A stretch of DNA of 64,000 nt from a virus, in the IMG/VR virus record IMGVR_UViG_3300027734_000042; one strand, given 5' to 3'. The notes below the pieces were generated by a model. It had not been told where the DNA came from. It worked only from the letters and a program-made list of their open reading frames with translations, and ran no database searches. This document shows positions 1 to 12,597 of this stretch, in pieces. A program made the translations under genes and the position numbers. Position 1 is the first letter of the stretch. Every line of letters starts with the position of its first letter.

Positions 1-1
1 A

Positions 2-277
2 GAGGGAGATAGGGGAACATATAGAGTATTTAAAAATAAAATTGCTGGACCTATTAGTGAAGGAGAAGGTGCAATGGCTTCTTTAACAGCTACACCGGGG
101 ATGGGAAATGTTATACCTCCTGGACCAGGGAGAACAGGATCGGGTGATCAATTTCCTTCATTAGAAGTTGGTACACCGGCTGCTAGAAAGAAAAAGAAGA
201 AGAAAGATAACAACCCTACAGATACTTCTTTAATGGACTTTAAAACGTTCCTTAGCAGAGGCAAGGGTAACCAATAA
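2..277 (+). CDS. hypothetical phage protein, 5'-truncated by the window edge
   Basis: Frame is open from base 2 through the listed 74..277 ORF. Confidence 0.6.
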   Translation, partial: EGDRGTYRVFKNKIAGPISEGEGAMASLTATPGMGNVIPPGPGRTGSGDQFPSLEVGTPAARKKKKKKDNNPTDTSLMDFKTFLSRGKGNQ

Positions 278-353
278 GAATCGTTTTCTTATTAATTCTA
301 AAAATTTTACAAAATCTAATTAAACTTCTGTGGAAATTTCTTAATTTAGCTTT

Positions 354-737
354 GTGCAAAAATTAAATATAATACAAGAAGAATACAAAGATGATCCTTG
401 GAAGGTTCTAGTCTGTTGTATATTATTAAATCAGACCAACAACCGTCAGGTTAGACCTCTGATCTCACATTTCTTTAAAACGTGGCCTAATCCAGCATCT
501 ATTATTAGAGAAAATCCTATTAATATAAGTGCATTCATTAAGAGTACTGGATTTCAAAATATAAAGGCTCACAGGATTAGGGAATTCTCTATAGCATGGG
601 AGATAGGTATAAGAGATCCTAAGAAATTCCCAGGAGTAGGAGAATACGGTAGAGAAGCATGGAGAATATTTGTAGAAGAAGATCTGGATTTTACGCCGAA
701 GGATAAGAAGCTAAAAATGTATTTGGATTGTATGTAG
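354..737 (+). CDS. MBD4-like HhH-GPD DNA glycosylase (mismatch/uracil repair)
   Basis: DPWKVLVCCILLNQT, HhH-like FPGVGEYG and PKDKKL match the MBD4 catalytic-domain pattern; no Fe-S cysteine cluster. Confidence 0.8.
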   Translation: MQKLNIIQEEYKDDPWKVLVCCILLNQTNNRQVRPLISHFFKTWPNPASIIRENPINISAFIKSTGFQNIKAHRIREFSIAWEIGIRDPKKFPGVGEYGREAWRIFVEEDLDFTPKDKKLKMYLDCM

Positions 738-749
738 AATATATACTAC

Positions 750-1346
750 ATGAATCATTTACTAAGGTTTGAAAATTACAAACCAATATACGAGAAAATC
801 CAGCCAATCACAGCTAATTGGTTTATAATTGATAGTGAGGGTTCTTTTGAGAAGAAAGAACAATCAGGTTTTTTCGTATTTAATCGTGTTGGTACTTTCT
901 CGATAATCTATAATAAAAAAGCTTCTGATTCGGAAGAGGCAAGAATAGATTTTTATACATCCAAAGAAAATTCTAAGGACAAAAAAACAATCTGTGAATG
1001 TAAGATACTAACAAAAAGTGGAGAAGAAAGAACTGTTAGGAGGTTTACTGATATTACCCCAGACAATATTTGGGAGATCGTCACATCATTCTTTGATTAT
1101 TGTGATTTAGAGAAATCTGAAAAAGAGGTAACTGATAGATTCTTATTAGGATTTTCTAAAAGTTTAAAAGAGGTTCTAAAATACGAAAGCAGTGATCAGT
1201 TACCCTCAGCATTTAAAACATTCTATAAATTCATTTCTGAATGGGCTAAGAAATCTGATACTAAGATAGAGATTAAAGCTACTAACAACAACTACGAACT
1301 TTTAGAATTAATTAGGAAATTCATGGACAACTTCAAAAAAGTCTAA
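750..1346 (+). CDS. hypothetical protein with capsid-targeting-like leader
   Basis: 198 aa; begins MNHLLRFENY; AATATATA at 738-745. Confidence 0.7.
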   Translation: MNHLLRFENYKPIYEKIQPITANWFIIDSEGSFEKKEQSGFFVFNRVGTFSIIYNKKASDSEEARIDFYTSKENSKDKKTICECKILTKSGEERTVRRFTDITPDNIWEIVTSFFDYCDLEKSEKEVTDRFLLGFSKSLKEVLKYESSDQLPSAFKTFYKFISEWAKKSDTKIEIKATNNNYELLELIRKFMDNFKKV

Positions 1347-1648
1347 GCTGATTCTCTCTTTTTTAATTGTGACAGGAAATCCTTCCAAACAACTAATCCT
1401 TCTTTAATTCCTGCTTTAGGGAATTTGTGAAATTCTGCACGGTGCGACATTATATAAGAAGCTATTATTGCATCTTTAAGTTCTATTTCTTTCTTATCTA
1501 ACATCTCCTGTAATCTTCTTACAGATTTTAATGCTTCCTCTCTATTAGAAAACCTTAATCCTCTTGGATATTTTGAATCATTGGAGAAAGGTTTAATGTC
1601 ATTAAGATAAACCTGTTCGAAAAGTTTAAAGGTTAGAATTTTTTTCAC
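1343..1648 (-). CDS. hypothetical protein with capsid-targeting-like leader
   Basis: 101 aa; begins MKKILTFKLFE; AATATATA just upstream on the minus strand. Confidence 0.7.
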   Translation of the reverse strand: MKKILTFKLFEQVYLNDIKPFSNDSKYPRGLRFSNREEALKSVRRLQEMLDKKEIELKDAIIASYIMSHRAEFHKFPKAGIKEGLVVWKDFLSQLKKRESA

Positions 1649-1712
1649 ATAGTATATATTCTTTACCTAAATAAATCGAAACCTCTTAGTTGTATTAGTG
1701 TAAGATAAGAGT

Positions 1713-3119
1713 ATGATTATTGATATAGAAAATTCAGGTACATCTTTAGTTGTCTCCCATTATACAGAGGAAGGGGACGTAAATTTGTTAAAACTACAAG
1801 TTCCTAAAGCGCTTCAATTCGTCTGGCAAAAAACATCTGCTAGCGATAGATCGAAAGATTCAGAATGGACAACATGGGACGGATTTCCTGTTAAAAAATC
1901 TTCTACATATAAGTTTGATAAGTATAGAGTAGTAGAAATTTTAGAAGCACTAGATCCTGAATTAACCAAGCCTCTTTGGGATTACCAGACGCCTAAAAAA
2001 TACTTCGTCGATATTGAGGTGGAGATGACAGATAACAGAGCAGATTCATTAGACACAGAGAATTCTAAGAATAGAATTCTTTCCATAGGAATGGCTTCTT
2101 CTCAAGGTAAGGTTCTTGTTATAGGTCTGGAGGATATGAGTCCTGATAGGATATTAAAGATCGAGAAAAGGATTAATGATCATTTTGAAGGACAAAATGG
2201 GGATTGGACTTTTAATTACAGAAAGTTTGAAAGTGAGTTTGATATGCTCTACACTTTTCTTTCTAAATTAGTTCCTAAGATGCCTTTGATAACTGGGTGG
2301 AATTGGTTTGGTTATGACTGGCCTTATATTATAAACAGAGCTAAGAGATTAGGTATAGATCCTAAGATTGCTTCACCTAGTGGGGTACTTATAGGAAAGC
2401 ATCAAATACCTATGCACGTTTTAATGGTCGATTACCTTGACATTTATAAGAAGTGGGATAGGGTAGTAAAAATCAGAGAGTCTAACTCATTAGATTATGT
2501 TTCCAATCAAGCTATAGGGATTAAAAAGATTGCTTATAATGGAACATTAAAAGATTTATACGAGTCAGACTTTGAAACGTTCATATTTTATAACGCAGTT
2601 GACTGTGCTCTTGTACACTATATAGATAAAAGACTTGATACACTTTCTACTTTCTTTAAAATCGCAGAAGTAAGTAGAGTGGAGATCAATAGAGCATTAT
2701 CTCCAGTTTGGACTACTGAGGTTCTTATGCTAAGAAAATTCTTAGAAAGAAAACAGGTAATTGTAAATGAAAGGAAAGAGGAAAATCATGTTAAATTCGA
2801 AGGAGCTTATGTTAAGAAGCCAGAAAAAGGATTATATGAATGGATCGCTTGTTTTGACTTTGCTTCTCTTTATCCTAATACAATGATGCAATGGGGTATA
2901 TCCCCTGAGGTTTATATAGGTAAGAATCTTAAGAACATACCCGAAGGTGCAATTAAAACTTCGTCAGGAGCGGTATTTTATAGTAAGGAAGGAAGAGAAC
3001 CTATATTAAGAGAAATATTAAAAGGACTTTACGGGCAAAGAAAAGCAACAAAGAAGAAATATTTCGAATGTGAAAAAGAAATAGAGAAAATACAAAAAGT
3101 AATTAAAGAAAAATCATAA
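1713..3119 (+). CDS. family B DNA polymerase, N-terminal subunit (3'-5' exonuclease plus motif A)
   Basis: ExoI FVDIE, ExoII GWNWFGYDWPYI, ExoIII YNAVD, motif A DFASLYP; ends in the fingers helix without motifs B and C. Confidence 0.92.
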   Translation: MIIDIENSGTSLVVSHYTEEGDVNLLKLQVPKALQFVWQKTSASDRSKDSEWTTWDGFPVKKSSTYKFDKYRVVEILEALDPELTKPLWDYQTPKKYFVDIEVEMTDNRADSLDTENSKNRILSIGMASSQGKVLVIGLEDMSPDRILKIEKRINDHFEGQNGDWTFNYRKFESEFDMLYTFLSKLVPKMPLITGWNWFGYDWPYIINRAKRLGIDPKIASPSGVLIGKHQIPMHVLMVDYLDIYKKWDRVVKIRESNSLDYVSNQAIGIKKIAYNGTLKDLYESDFETFIFYNAVDCALVHYIDKRLDTLSTFFKIAEVSRVEINRALSPVWTTEVLMLRKFLERKQVIVNERKEENHVKFEGAYVKKPEKGLYEWIACFDFASLYPNTMMQWGISPEVYIGKNLKNIPEGAIKTSSGAVFYSKEGREPILREILKGLYGQRKATKKKYFECEKEIEKIQKVIKEKS

Positions 3120-3122
3120 ATT

Positions 3123-3587
3123 ATGGCAAACACAGACAACAAATGTGCGGATCTTCCAGTTGAAGATTTCCACACTGGGGTAAACGATACCCTCGGCTTG
3201 ATTTACAATAAGCAAGCAGAATTACAATCAAGATACGGATTTGATTTTAAGGATTGGACCTTGAAACAAATTGCAGATTTTTGGATGGTTAACAAACATG
3301 CACTAAGTGATGAGTTAAACGAAATGTTTGATGCTCTTGGAGGTGTTAATGATGGTATTGGATCTGCAGGATGGAAATACTGGAAAGGAGACAATAAGAA
3401 AGCTTCTGAAATGAAGATCTCTGACCTTAGTGAAAATGATAGATTGGAGTTATTCTATGAATGGATTGACGGATTACATTTCTTTATGAACTTCGGTATT
3501 TCTATGGGAATGACAAGTAAGGATATTGTTAATCTTTATATGGCAAAAAATGCTGAAAATCATGACAGGCAGGAGAGAGGATATTAA
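3123..3587 (+). CDS. all-alpha dimeric dUTPase/dCTPase (T4 gp56-like)
   Basis: DELNEMFDAL, WKYWK, EWIDGLHF, KNAENHDRQ motifs. Confidence 0.8.
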   Translation: MANTDNKCADLPVEDFHTGVNDTLGLIYNKQAELQSRYGFDFKDWTLKQIADFWMVNKHALSDELNEMFDALGGVNDGIGSAGWKYWKGDNKKASEMKISDLSENDRLELFYEWIDGLHFFMNFGISMGMTSKDIVNLYMAKNAENHDRQERGY

Positions 3588-3608
3588 TATATAGATGACC
3601 CAATCATT

Positions 3609-3797
3609 ATGAGCAATATAAAATTTTACACTAATAGACAAATAGCACTACAAATGGCTATGAAGTTACATAAGGAAGGATCAATAACAAAAAGCGAGAT
3701 AACAAAAAATGCCGATGAGTTTTATGCTTGGCTTCAGGATGCTCCACAGAAAGATTCAGATAATAAAGAATGGTTGAAAATTAACGAAATTAAATAA
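3609..3797 (+). CDS. small hypothetical protein
   Basis: 62-aa ORF filling the gap between dUTPase and nrdB. Confidence 0.6.
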   Translation: MSNIKFYTNRQIALQMAMKLHKEGSITKSEITKNADEFYAWLQDAPQKDSDNKEWLKINEIK

Positions 3798-3811
3798 TAT
3801 AAATAATTAAG

Positions 3812-4792
3812 ATGGAAAAGTTACTCACCCCGAATCCTAGAAGATTCTCTTTATTCCCTGTACAACAAGACGATATTTGGACAATGTACAAAACAGCGGA
3901 AGCTTCTTTTTGGACAGCGGAGGAAATAGATTTAGCACAGGATATCACTCACTGGAGAGATAAATTAAACGACAACGAGAGATATTTTATAAAGAATGTA
4001 ATTGCTTTCTTTAATAACTCCGATGGGATAGTTAATGAGAATCTTGCAGCTAATTTTTTCAATCAGGTACAATACCCGGAAGCTAGATGCTTTTATGGAT
4101 TCCAATTGGCTATTGAGAATATACACGGTGAGGTTTATTCTCTTCTTATAGATTCTTACATATCTGACGAGGAAGAGAAAGAGAATTTATTTAATGCTAT
4201 TGATACTGTCCCTGCGGTTAAAAGAAAAGCAGATTGGGCAATGAAATGGATCGAGAATGGATCATTCACTGAGAATATGATTGCATTTGCTGCTGTTGAA
4301 GGTATTTTCTTTTCCGGATCTTTCTGTTCTATATTTTGGTTAAAGAAAAGAGGATTAATGCCAGGTCTTTGCTTTGCTAATGAATTAATTTCTAGAGACG
4401 AAGGATTACATTGCGATTTTGCTTGTTTACTTTACACTCAGCACATTGAAAATAAACTTCCGGAGGAAACAGTGAAAGAGATTATTATGGAAGCTGTAGA
4501 GATCGAAAAGGAGTTTGTAACTTCATCTTTGCCTGTTAGACTTATTGGTATGAACTCTGAGCTTATGTGTGAATATATCGAATTTGTAGCAGATAGGCTT
4601 TTAACTTCTTTAGGATGCTCAAGAGTTTATAATACTAAATGCCCTTTTGATTTTATGATAAATATTGCTTTAGAAAATAAAGGTAATTTCTTCGAAGGAA
4701 GAGTGGGATCATATCAGAAATCGGGTGTTATGGACAGTACTAAAGATAACGGAAATAGCGGAAAAACTTTTTCAATGGATGCTGATTTTTAA
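3812..4792 (+). CDS. nrdB: ribonucleotide reductase class Ia beta subunit
   Basis: [31 protein letters not shown] di-iron motifs. Confidence 0.97.
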   Translation: MEKLLTPNPRRFSLFPVQQDDIWTMYKTAEASFWTAEEIDLAQDITHWRDKLNDNERYFIKNVIAFFNNSDGIVNENLAANFFNQVQYPEARCFYGFQLAIENIHGEVYSLLIDSYISDEEEKENLFNAIDTVPAVKRKADWAMKWIENGSFTENMIAFAAVEGIFFSGSFCSIFWLKKRGLMPGLCFANELISRDEGLHCDFACLLYTQHIENKLPEETVKEIIMEAVEIEKEFVTSSLPVRLIGMNSELMCEYIEFVADRLLTSLGCSRVYNTKCPFDFMINIALENKGNFFEGRVGSYQKSGVMDSTKDNGNSGKTFSMDADF

Positions 4793-4817
4793 TTAGGAAG
4801 ATCATATTAACCATTGA

Positions 4818-6995
<2,178 letters not shown>

Positions 6996-6996
6996 T

Positions 6997-7161
6997 ATGT
7001 ACGATCACGTATACGAAATAACTGGCTATCAGATAGAAATCGAAGGAGTCATAGAGAATCGTCAAAGAATTCAATATTGGAATAACGAAACCGATTATCT
7101 AATTGAGGAATACTACGGAACAACCGAAGAAATACGCCTCGGTTATACACAGATTCAATAA
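6997..7161 (+). CDS. 54-aa hypothetical protein directly after the collagen gene (possible fibre accessory)
   Basis: Own translation MYDHVYEITGYQIEIEG...; ATG one base after the collagen stop; below the ORF-track cutoff. Confidence 0.55.
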   Translation: MYDHVYEITGYQIEIEGVIENRQRIQYWNNETDYLIEEYYGTTEEIRLGYTQIQ

Positions 7162-7247
7162 AACAAAGTGGAATAAATATTCTTATTAGTGGAAACTAAT
7201 GGGTTAATTTTTCTATAATTTTTCACATAAAATAAAATAAAATAATA

Positions 7248-9617
7248 ATGGAAGTAACAAAGAGAGACGGAGCTAAAGAAAGAGTTAAGCTTGATAAAAT
7301 TTTAAATCGTGTTAAGAAACAATCTTATGGTTTAAATATGGATTATATTGAGCCAATGGAAATTGCAAAGAAAGTTATTCATGGTTTATATGATGGTATC
7401 TCTTCAGTAGAACTTGATACTTTAGCAGCAGAAACAGCAGCTGCTTTAACCCCAACCCATCCTGATTATTCTATTTTAGCTTCTAGAATTTGTGTTACCT
7501 CGTTACATAAAAGAACACCTAAAAGTTTTTCGAGTGTGATTGATCAGCTTTATAATTATGTTGATCCTAAGACAGGTTTAAAAGCTCCAATGATTGCTGA
7601 TGATGTATACGAGATTATTGTTAATAATGCTAAGGATATAGATTCACAAATTATTGCAGATAGGGATTTAGATTATGATTATTTTGGTTTTAAGACTTTA
7701 GAAAAATCATATCTTTTAAAGATTGATGGTTTACCTGCTGAAAGACCACAGCAAATGTTAATGAGAGTTGCTATTGGTATACACAAGGAAGATTTAGCCT
7801 CTGCTTATAAAACATATGACTTAATGAGTCAGGGTTACTTCACGCATGCTACACCTACTTTATTTAATGCGGGTACTAGAAGACCCCAGCTTTCTTCTTG
7901 CTTCTTAGTTTCAATGGATGATGATTCAATTCAAGGTATCTATAAAACACTATCTGATGTGGCTCAGATCTCTAAAAATGCAGGAGGTATTGGTTTACAT
8001 ATACATAATGTAAGAGGCACAGGAGCTTATATTAGAGGAACAAACGGAACCTCAAACGGAATTATTCCGATGCTAAAAGTATTTAACGAAACTGCAAGAT
8101 ACGTCGATCAAGGTGGAGGTAGAAGAAAGGGATCTTTTGCTGTTTATTTGGAGCCTTGGCATTGTGATGTTGAAGACTTTTTAAATCTTAGAAAAAATCA
8201 CGGTAAAGAGGAGATGAGAGCTAGGGATCTTTTCTTAGCTTTATGGACACCGGATTTATTTATGGAAAGAGTTAAGGAAGATGGAGAATGGACTTTATTC
8301 TCTCCTGATGAAGCACCAGGATTAGACGACGTATACGGTGAGGACTTTGTTAAACTTTATACTAAATATGAAGCTGAAGGAAGAGGAAGAAAAACAATTA
8401 AAGCTCAAGAGCTTTGGTATAAAATAATTGAAGCACAGATCGAAACTGGAACTCCTTATATGCTTTATAAGGATGCAGCTAATATAAAATCAAATCAGAA
8501 GAATTTAGGTACTATTAAGTCATCTAATCTTTGTACTGAGATTATGGAGTATTCAGATTCAAAAGAAACTGCAGTTTGTAATTTAGCTTCTATTGCATTA
8601 CCTAAATTCATTATTCCTGGTAAGAAACCTAAATACGATCTTAATGCTCTTAAGGATATAGCTTACACAGCAACTATCAATCTTAATAGAGTGATTGATG
8701 TTAACTATTATCCTACTAAGGAAACTAAGACCTCTAATATGAAGCACAGACCAATTGGTATTGGAGTTCAAGGTTTAGCTGATACATTTGCTATTCTAAA
8801 AATACCTTTTGAATCGGAAGAAGCAAAAAATTTAGATAGAGACATTTTCGAAGCAATTTATTACGGAGCTATGTGTGCTTCAGTGGATCTTGCAGAAAAA
8901 GAAGGTGCATACCAAACATTTAAGGGATCGCCATTATCTAAAGGATTATTTCAATTTGATTTATGGAACGAATCACCTAGTACAAGATGGGAATGGGAAG
9001 AATTAAGAGAAAGAGTTAAGACTTTCGGAGCTAGAAATTCTTTATTGCTTGCTCCTATGCCTACTGCTTCTACAAGTCAGATCTTAGGAAACAATGAATG
9101 TTTTGAACCTTTCACTTCTAACATTTACATTAGAAAAACATTATCTGGAGAATTTCCAGTAGTTAATAAGCATCTTGTTAAAGACTTAGTTAAACTTAAT
9201 ATGTGGGATGATAATCTTAGGGATAAGATCATTATTAATAATGGATCAGTACAAGATATTGCTGAAATACCAGATGAGATTAAGATCATTTATAAGACTG
9301 CTTGGGAGATGAGTCAGAAGATTATTATAGATCATGCTGCAGCTAGAGCACCTTTTATATGTCAAAGTCAAAGTATGAATTTATTTGTTCAAGATGCTAA
9401 CTTTGCTAAACTTTCTTCAGCTCATTTTTATGGATGGGATAAGGGATTAAAGACTGGAAGTTATTATATAAGAACTAAAGCTGCTACAACAGCTATAAAA
9501 GGTCTAGGTATAGATCTAAGCAGAAATCAAGAACTTCCTAAATCAGAGGATGATAACTATAGCGACTTAACTTGTAGCATAGACAATCCTGAAGATTGCG
9601 AAGCTTGCGGTTCATAA
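7248..9617 (+). CDS. nrdA: ribonucleotide reductase class Ia alpha subunit with ATP cone
   Basis: N-terminal VTKRDG ATP cone, [25 protein letters not shown]-terminal CEACGS; no intein visible. Confidence 0.97.
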   Translation: MEVTKRDGAKERVKLDKILNRVKKQSYGLNMDYIEPMEIAKKVIHGLYDGISSVELDTLAAETAAALTPTHPDYSILASRICVTSLHKRTPKSFSSVIDQLYNYVDPKTGLKAPMIADDVYEIIVNNAKDIDSQIIADRDLDYDYFGFKTLEKSYLLKIDGLPAERPQQMLMRVAIGIHKEDLASAYKTYDLMSQGYFTHATPTLFNAGTRRPQLSSCFLVSMDDDSIQGIYKTLSDVAQISKNAGGIGLHIHNVRGTGAYIRGTNGTSNGIIPMLKVFNETARYVDQGGGRRKGSFAVYLEPWHCDVEDFLNLRKNHGKEEMRARDLFLALWTPDLFMERVKEDGEWTLFSPDEAPGLDDVYGEDFVKLYTKYEAEGRGRKTIKAQELWYKIIEAQIETGTPYMLYKDAANIKSNQKNLGTIKSSNLCTEIMEYSDSKETAVCNLASIALPKFIIPGKKPKYDLNALKDIAYTATINLNRVIDVNYYPTKETKTSNMKHRPIGIGVQGLADTFAILKIPFESEEAKNLDRDIFEAIYYGAMCASVDLAEKEGAYQTFKGSPLSKGLFQFDLWNESPSTRWEWEELRERVKTFGARNSLLLAPMPTASTSQILGNNECFEPFTSNIYIRKTLSGEFPVVNKHLVKDLVKLNMWDDNLRDKIIINNGSVQDIAEIPDEIKIIYKTAWEMSQKIIIDHAAARAPFICQSQSMNLFVQDANFAKLSSAHFYGWDKGLKTGSYYIRTKAATTAIKGLGIDLSRNQELPKSEDDNYSDLTCSIDNPEDCEACGS

Positions 9618-9630
9618 ATAATAACCAATA

Positions 9631-10224
9631 ATGAAAATCAAAAATTTTAAAGAGTTTGACTCCTTGAGCACACCCTGTGTAATTTTTGTAGGACCTCCTG
9701 GATGTGGTAAAGGAACACAAGCAGAAATACTTTGTAAGAAAACACATCTGAAACATGTTTCTACTGGTGATATCCTTAGAAAATCTGATGATAAAGAGGT
9801 TAAAGAATTAATGAAAACTGGTAAGCTTCTTCCTGATGATTTAGTATCTAAGGAGCTTGAAAAATTCATACAAAAAAATAAAAAATCTGCAGGATTTGTT
9901 TTTGATGGATATCCAAGAAACCTTAAGCAAAAAACTTTATTGGACAAAATAATGTCTAATAATAACCTAGAGACAATCAACATTTTCTTTCTAGATGTAC
10001 CAGAAGAGACTTTAAAAGAAAGAATTAAAGAGCGAGGGAAAACATCAGGAAGAGCCGATGATAATGATCCCGAAGTTTTTAAAGTTAGAATGGGAGAATA
10101 TAAAGATCAGACACTACCTCTGATTAAATCTATGAAGAAGCTAAAAAACTTTTTAGAAATATCCGGGGAGAAAGACCTTGATGAGGTTACTGAGATTATA
10201 TTTGATAATCTGGGTGAAATTTAA
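9631..10224 (+). CDS. adk: adenylate kinase (short LID type)
   Basis: P-loop GPPGCGKGT, HVSTGDILR, FDGYPR, GRADD. Confidence 0.92.
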   Translation: MKIKNFKEFDSLSTPCVIFVGPPGCGKGTQAEILCKKTHLKHVSTGDILRKSDDKEVKELMKTGKLLPDDLVSKELEKFIQKNKKSAGFVFDGYPRNLKQKTLLDKIMSNNNLETINIFFLDVPEETLKERIKERGKTSGRADDNDPEVFKVRMGEYKDQTLPLIKSMKKLKNFLEISGEKDLDEVTEIIFDNLGEI

Positions 10225-10261
10225 TCCAATTTTTTATCTATAAATGTTAAATTGAAATAAC

Positions 10262-11518
10262 ATGCCAAAATTAGTAATTGAAAAAACAGATGCTAAACAG
10301 CCTTCTATATGTTTAGTTATGATTGTTAAAAATGAATCTAAAGTAATCAGAAGATGTATTGATTCCGTTAAGGATTACATTAACTATTGGGTTATTGTTG
10401 ATACAGGATCTACCGATGGTACTCAGGATCTTATTAAGGAGATAATGAATGAGTATGAAATTCAAGGTGAACTACATGAAAGACCTTGGGTAGATTTTGG
10501 ATACAACAGAACTGAGAGTTTAGAATATTCTGAGGGCAAGGCAGATTATAGATTAGTTATAGATGCTGACGACTTTCTATCTGTACAGGAGGGAGAAAAT
10601 CCTTTTCTAAATTTGACAGAGGATGCTTATAAGATTAGGATTCGACTTAATTCATTGGCTTATTACAGAACTCAATTGGTTAGAGGTGATCAGAAATGGA
10701 AATATGTAGGTGTTTTACATGAATATATTTCAGGTCCAACTGATATCAAAGTATCTGAAGAATTCTTAGAAGGCGTTGAAATGCACGCTTCTGTTTCTGG
10801 ACACAATAGAGATATTAAAGGAAAGGATAAGTATTATAATGATGCTTTAATTTTCGAAAAAGCTATTCTAACAACACCTAAGGAAGAACTTCCTATTGAT
10901 CTGGAAAGAAGATATGTTTTCTATATGGCTCAAAGTTATAGAGATGCAGGAATGAATGAAAGATCTATTGAAGCTTATCAAAGAAGAGTAGATCTAGGAG
11001 GATGGGCGGAAGAGGTTTACATTTCTAGATATTGGATAGCTAGACAAAAACAAATTCTAGAAAGACCTGACGAAGATATCATTGATGCTTATTTAAAAGC
11101 TTGGGAATACAGACCTAATCGTTTAGAATCCCTTTATCATCTTATTAAGTTCTTAGGAACAAGAAAAAGATATGCTTTAGGTTTTGCTTTATCGTCAATC
11201 GGAATGAAAACTGGACCTTGCTCAGATATTCTTTTTGTAGAAGATGATATCTGGAAATGGAGAATGCCTGATGAGTATTCTGTACTAGCATATTACAATG
11301 GAAATGCAGAAGAAGCTTATAAAACAACCAACATTATCATAAATTCTAGCTTGTTTGCTGGCATTAATAAGTCAGATCAGGAAAGAATTATGAAAAATAT
11401 GGATTTCTATAGTAAAGCTTTAGAACCTAACGAGGAAGAACAACCTGAAGCTATAGAAGAATCTATTCCTGAAGTTATTGACGAATCTATTAAAAATGAG
11501 GAATTGAAAGAATCTTGA
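10262..11518 (+). CDS. GT2 family glycosyltransferase with C-terminal TPR-like helices
   Basis: MIVKNE, VDTGSTDGT, IDAD, VLHE motifs. Confidence 0.88.
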   Translation: MPKLVIEKTDAKQPSICLVMIVKNESKVIRRCIDSVKDYINYWVIVDTGSTDGTQDLIKEIMNEYEIQGELHERPWVDFGYNRTESLEYSEGKADYRLVIDADDFLSVQEGENPFLNLTEDAYKIRIRLNSLAYYRTQLVRGDQKWKYVGVLHEYISGPTDIKVSEEFLEGVEMHASVSGHNRDIKGKDKYYNDALIFEKAILTTPKEELPIDLERRYVFYMAQSYRDAGMNERSIEAYQRRVDLGGWAEEVYISRYWIARQKQILERPDEDIIDAYLKAWEYRPNRLESLYHLIKFLGTRKRYALGFALSSIGMKTGPCSDILFVEDDIWKWRMPDEYSVLAYYNGNAEEAYKTTNIIINSSLFAGINKSDQERIMKNMDFYSKALEPNEEEQPEAIEESIPEVIDESIKNEELKES

Positions 11519-11542
11519 GATATATAAATAAAAATTATATCA

Positions 11543-12025
11543 ATGCAGATTTTAAGATTTTCCGACTTCATTAATGAACAGTCTGTTTATAACGTTGGAG
11601 TTCCTATTTTTAAAGGAACAGCGATAAACCCAGAAAAAACCGTAAAAAGAAATAAGCTTTTACCTGAGTTACAAGATTACTTATCTCAGCTAATGAGTGG
11701 ACAGCTTACAGAGGTTACATTAGTTGCTGAAATTCCTACACAAGGAAAAAATGCGCCTCAATACCTTAAAGATATCTATTCTGAAATGGGATACGATGCT
11801 TCTAAAGAAGAAGATATGTATGACGACGAAACAGATACTTTTTTAGGTAACAGAGATAGAATGCCAGATGATCCTAGTACAAATATCTTTGTTGATTCTG
11901 AATTCATCGTTAAGGATGTGGACATGGAAAGAAATGTAATTCTAGCTATTCCGTATTCAATGAAGAGAAAAGGAATTATAGTAGAAATTGCACCAGAAAT
12001 GGTAGAAGAAGTTTTTATTAAGTAA
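11543..12025 (+). CDS. hypothetical protein with capsid-targeting-like leader
   Basis: Begins MQILRFSDFINE; GATATATA at 11519-11526. Confidence 0.7.
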   Translation: MQILRFSDFINEQSVYNVGVPIFKGTAINPEKTVKRNKLLPELQDYLSQLMSGQLTEVTLVAEIPTQGKNAPQYLKDIYSEMGYDASKEEDMYDDETDTFLGNRDRMPDDPSTNIFVDSEFIVKDVDMERNVILAIPYSMKRKGIIVEIAPEMVEEVFIK

Positions 12026-12390
12026 TGAATTTTAACCAGGAGGAAGATTTTTATTTAGCTAAGATAGGTGAACACACATTTGTTTTAGAAGAATGCAAAG
12101 ATTTTCCTAAAGGACTTTCACATAGAGAGCATCTCCACGAAAACGAGGGGATGCTTTTTAATTTTAATGATCCCGGCGACAGAACTTTCCATATGAGGGA
12201 TTGCTTAATACCACTAGATATACTTTTTATAAAAGACGGGAAAGTAAACAAAATATATCACGAATGTCAGCCTTGCGAAATTAACGAATGCGACAAATAC
12301 ATAGGTGAGGCAGATTCAGTAGTTGAACTACTAGGGGGTACTTGCAAGAAGAATAATATTAGCGAAGGTCTAATATACAGGCACTTTTAA
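12025..12390 (+). CDS. DUF192-family protein
   Basis: GLSHR...EGMLF...FHM..CLIPLDILF...VVEL.GG pattern. Confidence 0.85.
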   Translation: MNFNQEEDFYLAKIGEHTFVLEECKDFPKGLSHREHLHENEGMLFNFNDPGDRTFHMRDCLIPLDILFIKDGKVNKIYHECQPCEINECDKYIGEADSVVELLGGTCKKNNISEGLIYRHF

Positions 12391-12423
12391 GAAACTTTTC
12401 ACAGTTTTCTATCTTAAATTTTT

Positions 12424-12597
12424 ATGACCAGAAAGGCAAAGATCAAACTTCCTAATGAATCTTATTGGGATGAATTGGCTATAAATATGGACGATTTCAT
12501 AATTTCTAGAGAATTTGAATATGAAGTTTTTGGCTGGTATAAAGGAATGTACGTTTCAATTTTAAAAAAATCACTAGAGGAAAATGACGGCGAATAA
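12424..12597 (+). CDS. 57-aa hypothetical protein
   Basis: Own translation MTRKAKIKLPNESYWDE...; follows the GAAACT motif at 12391 and overlaps the topoisomerase start. Confidence 0.55.
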   Translation: MTRKAKIKLPNESYWDELAINMDDFIISREFEYEVFGWYKGMYVSILKKSLEENDGE

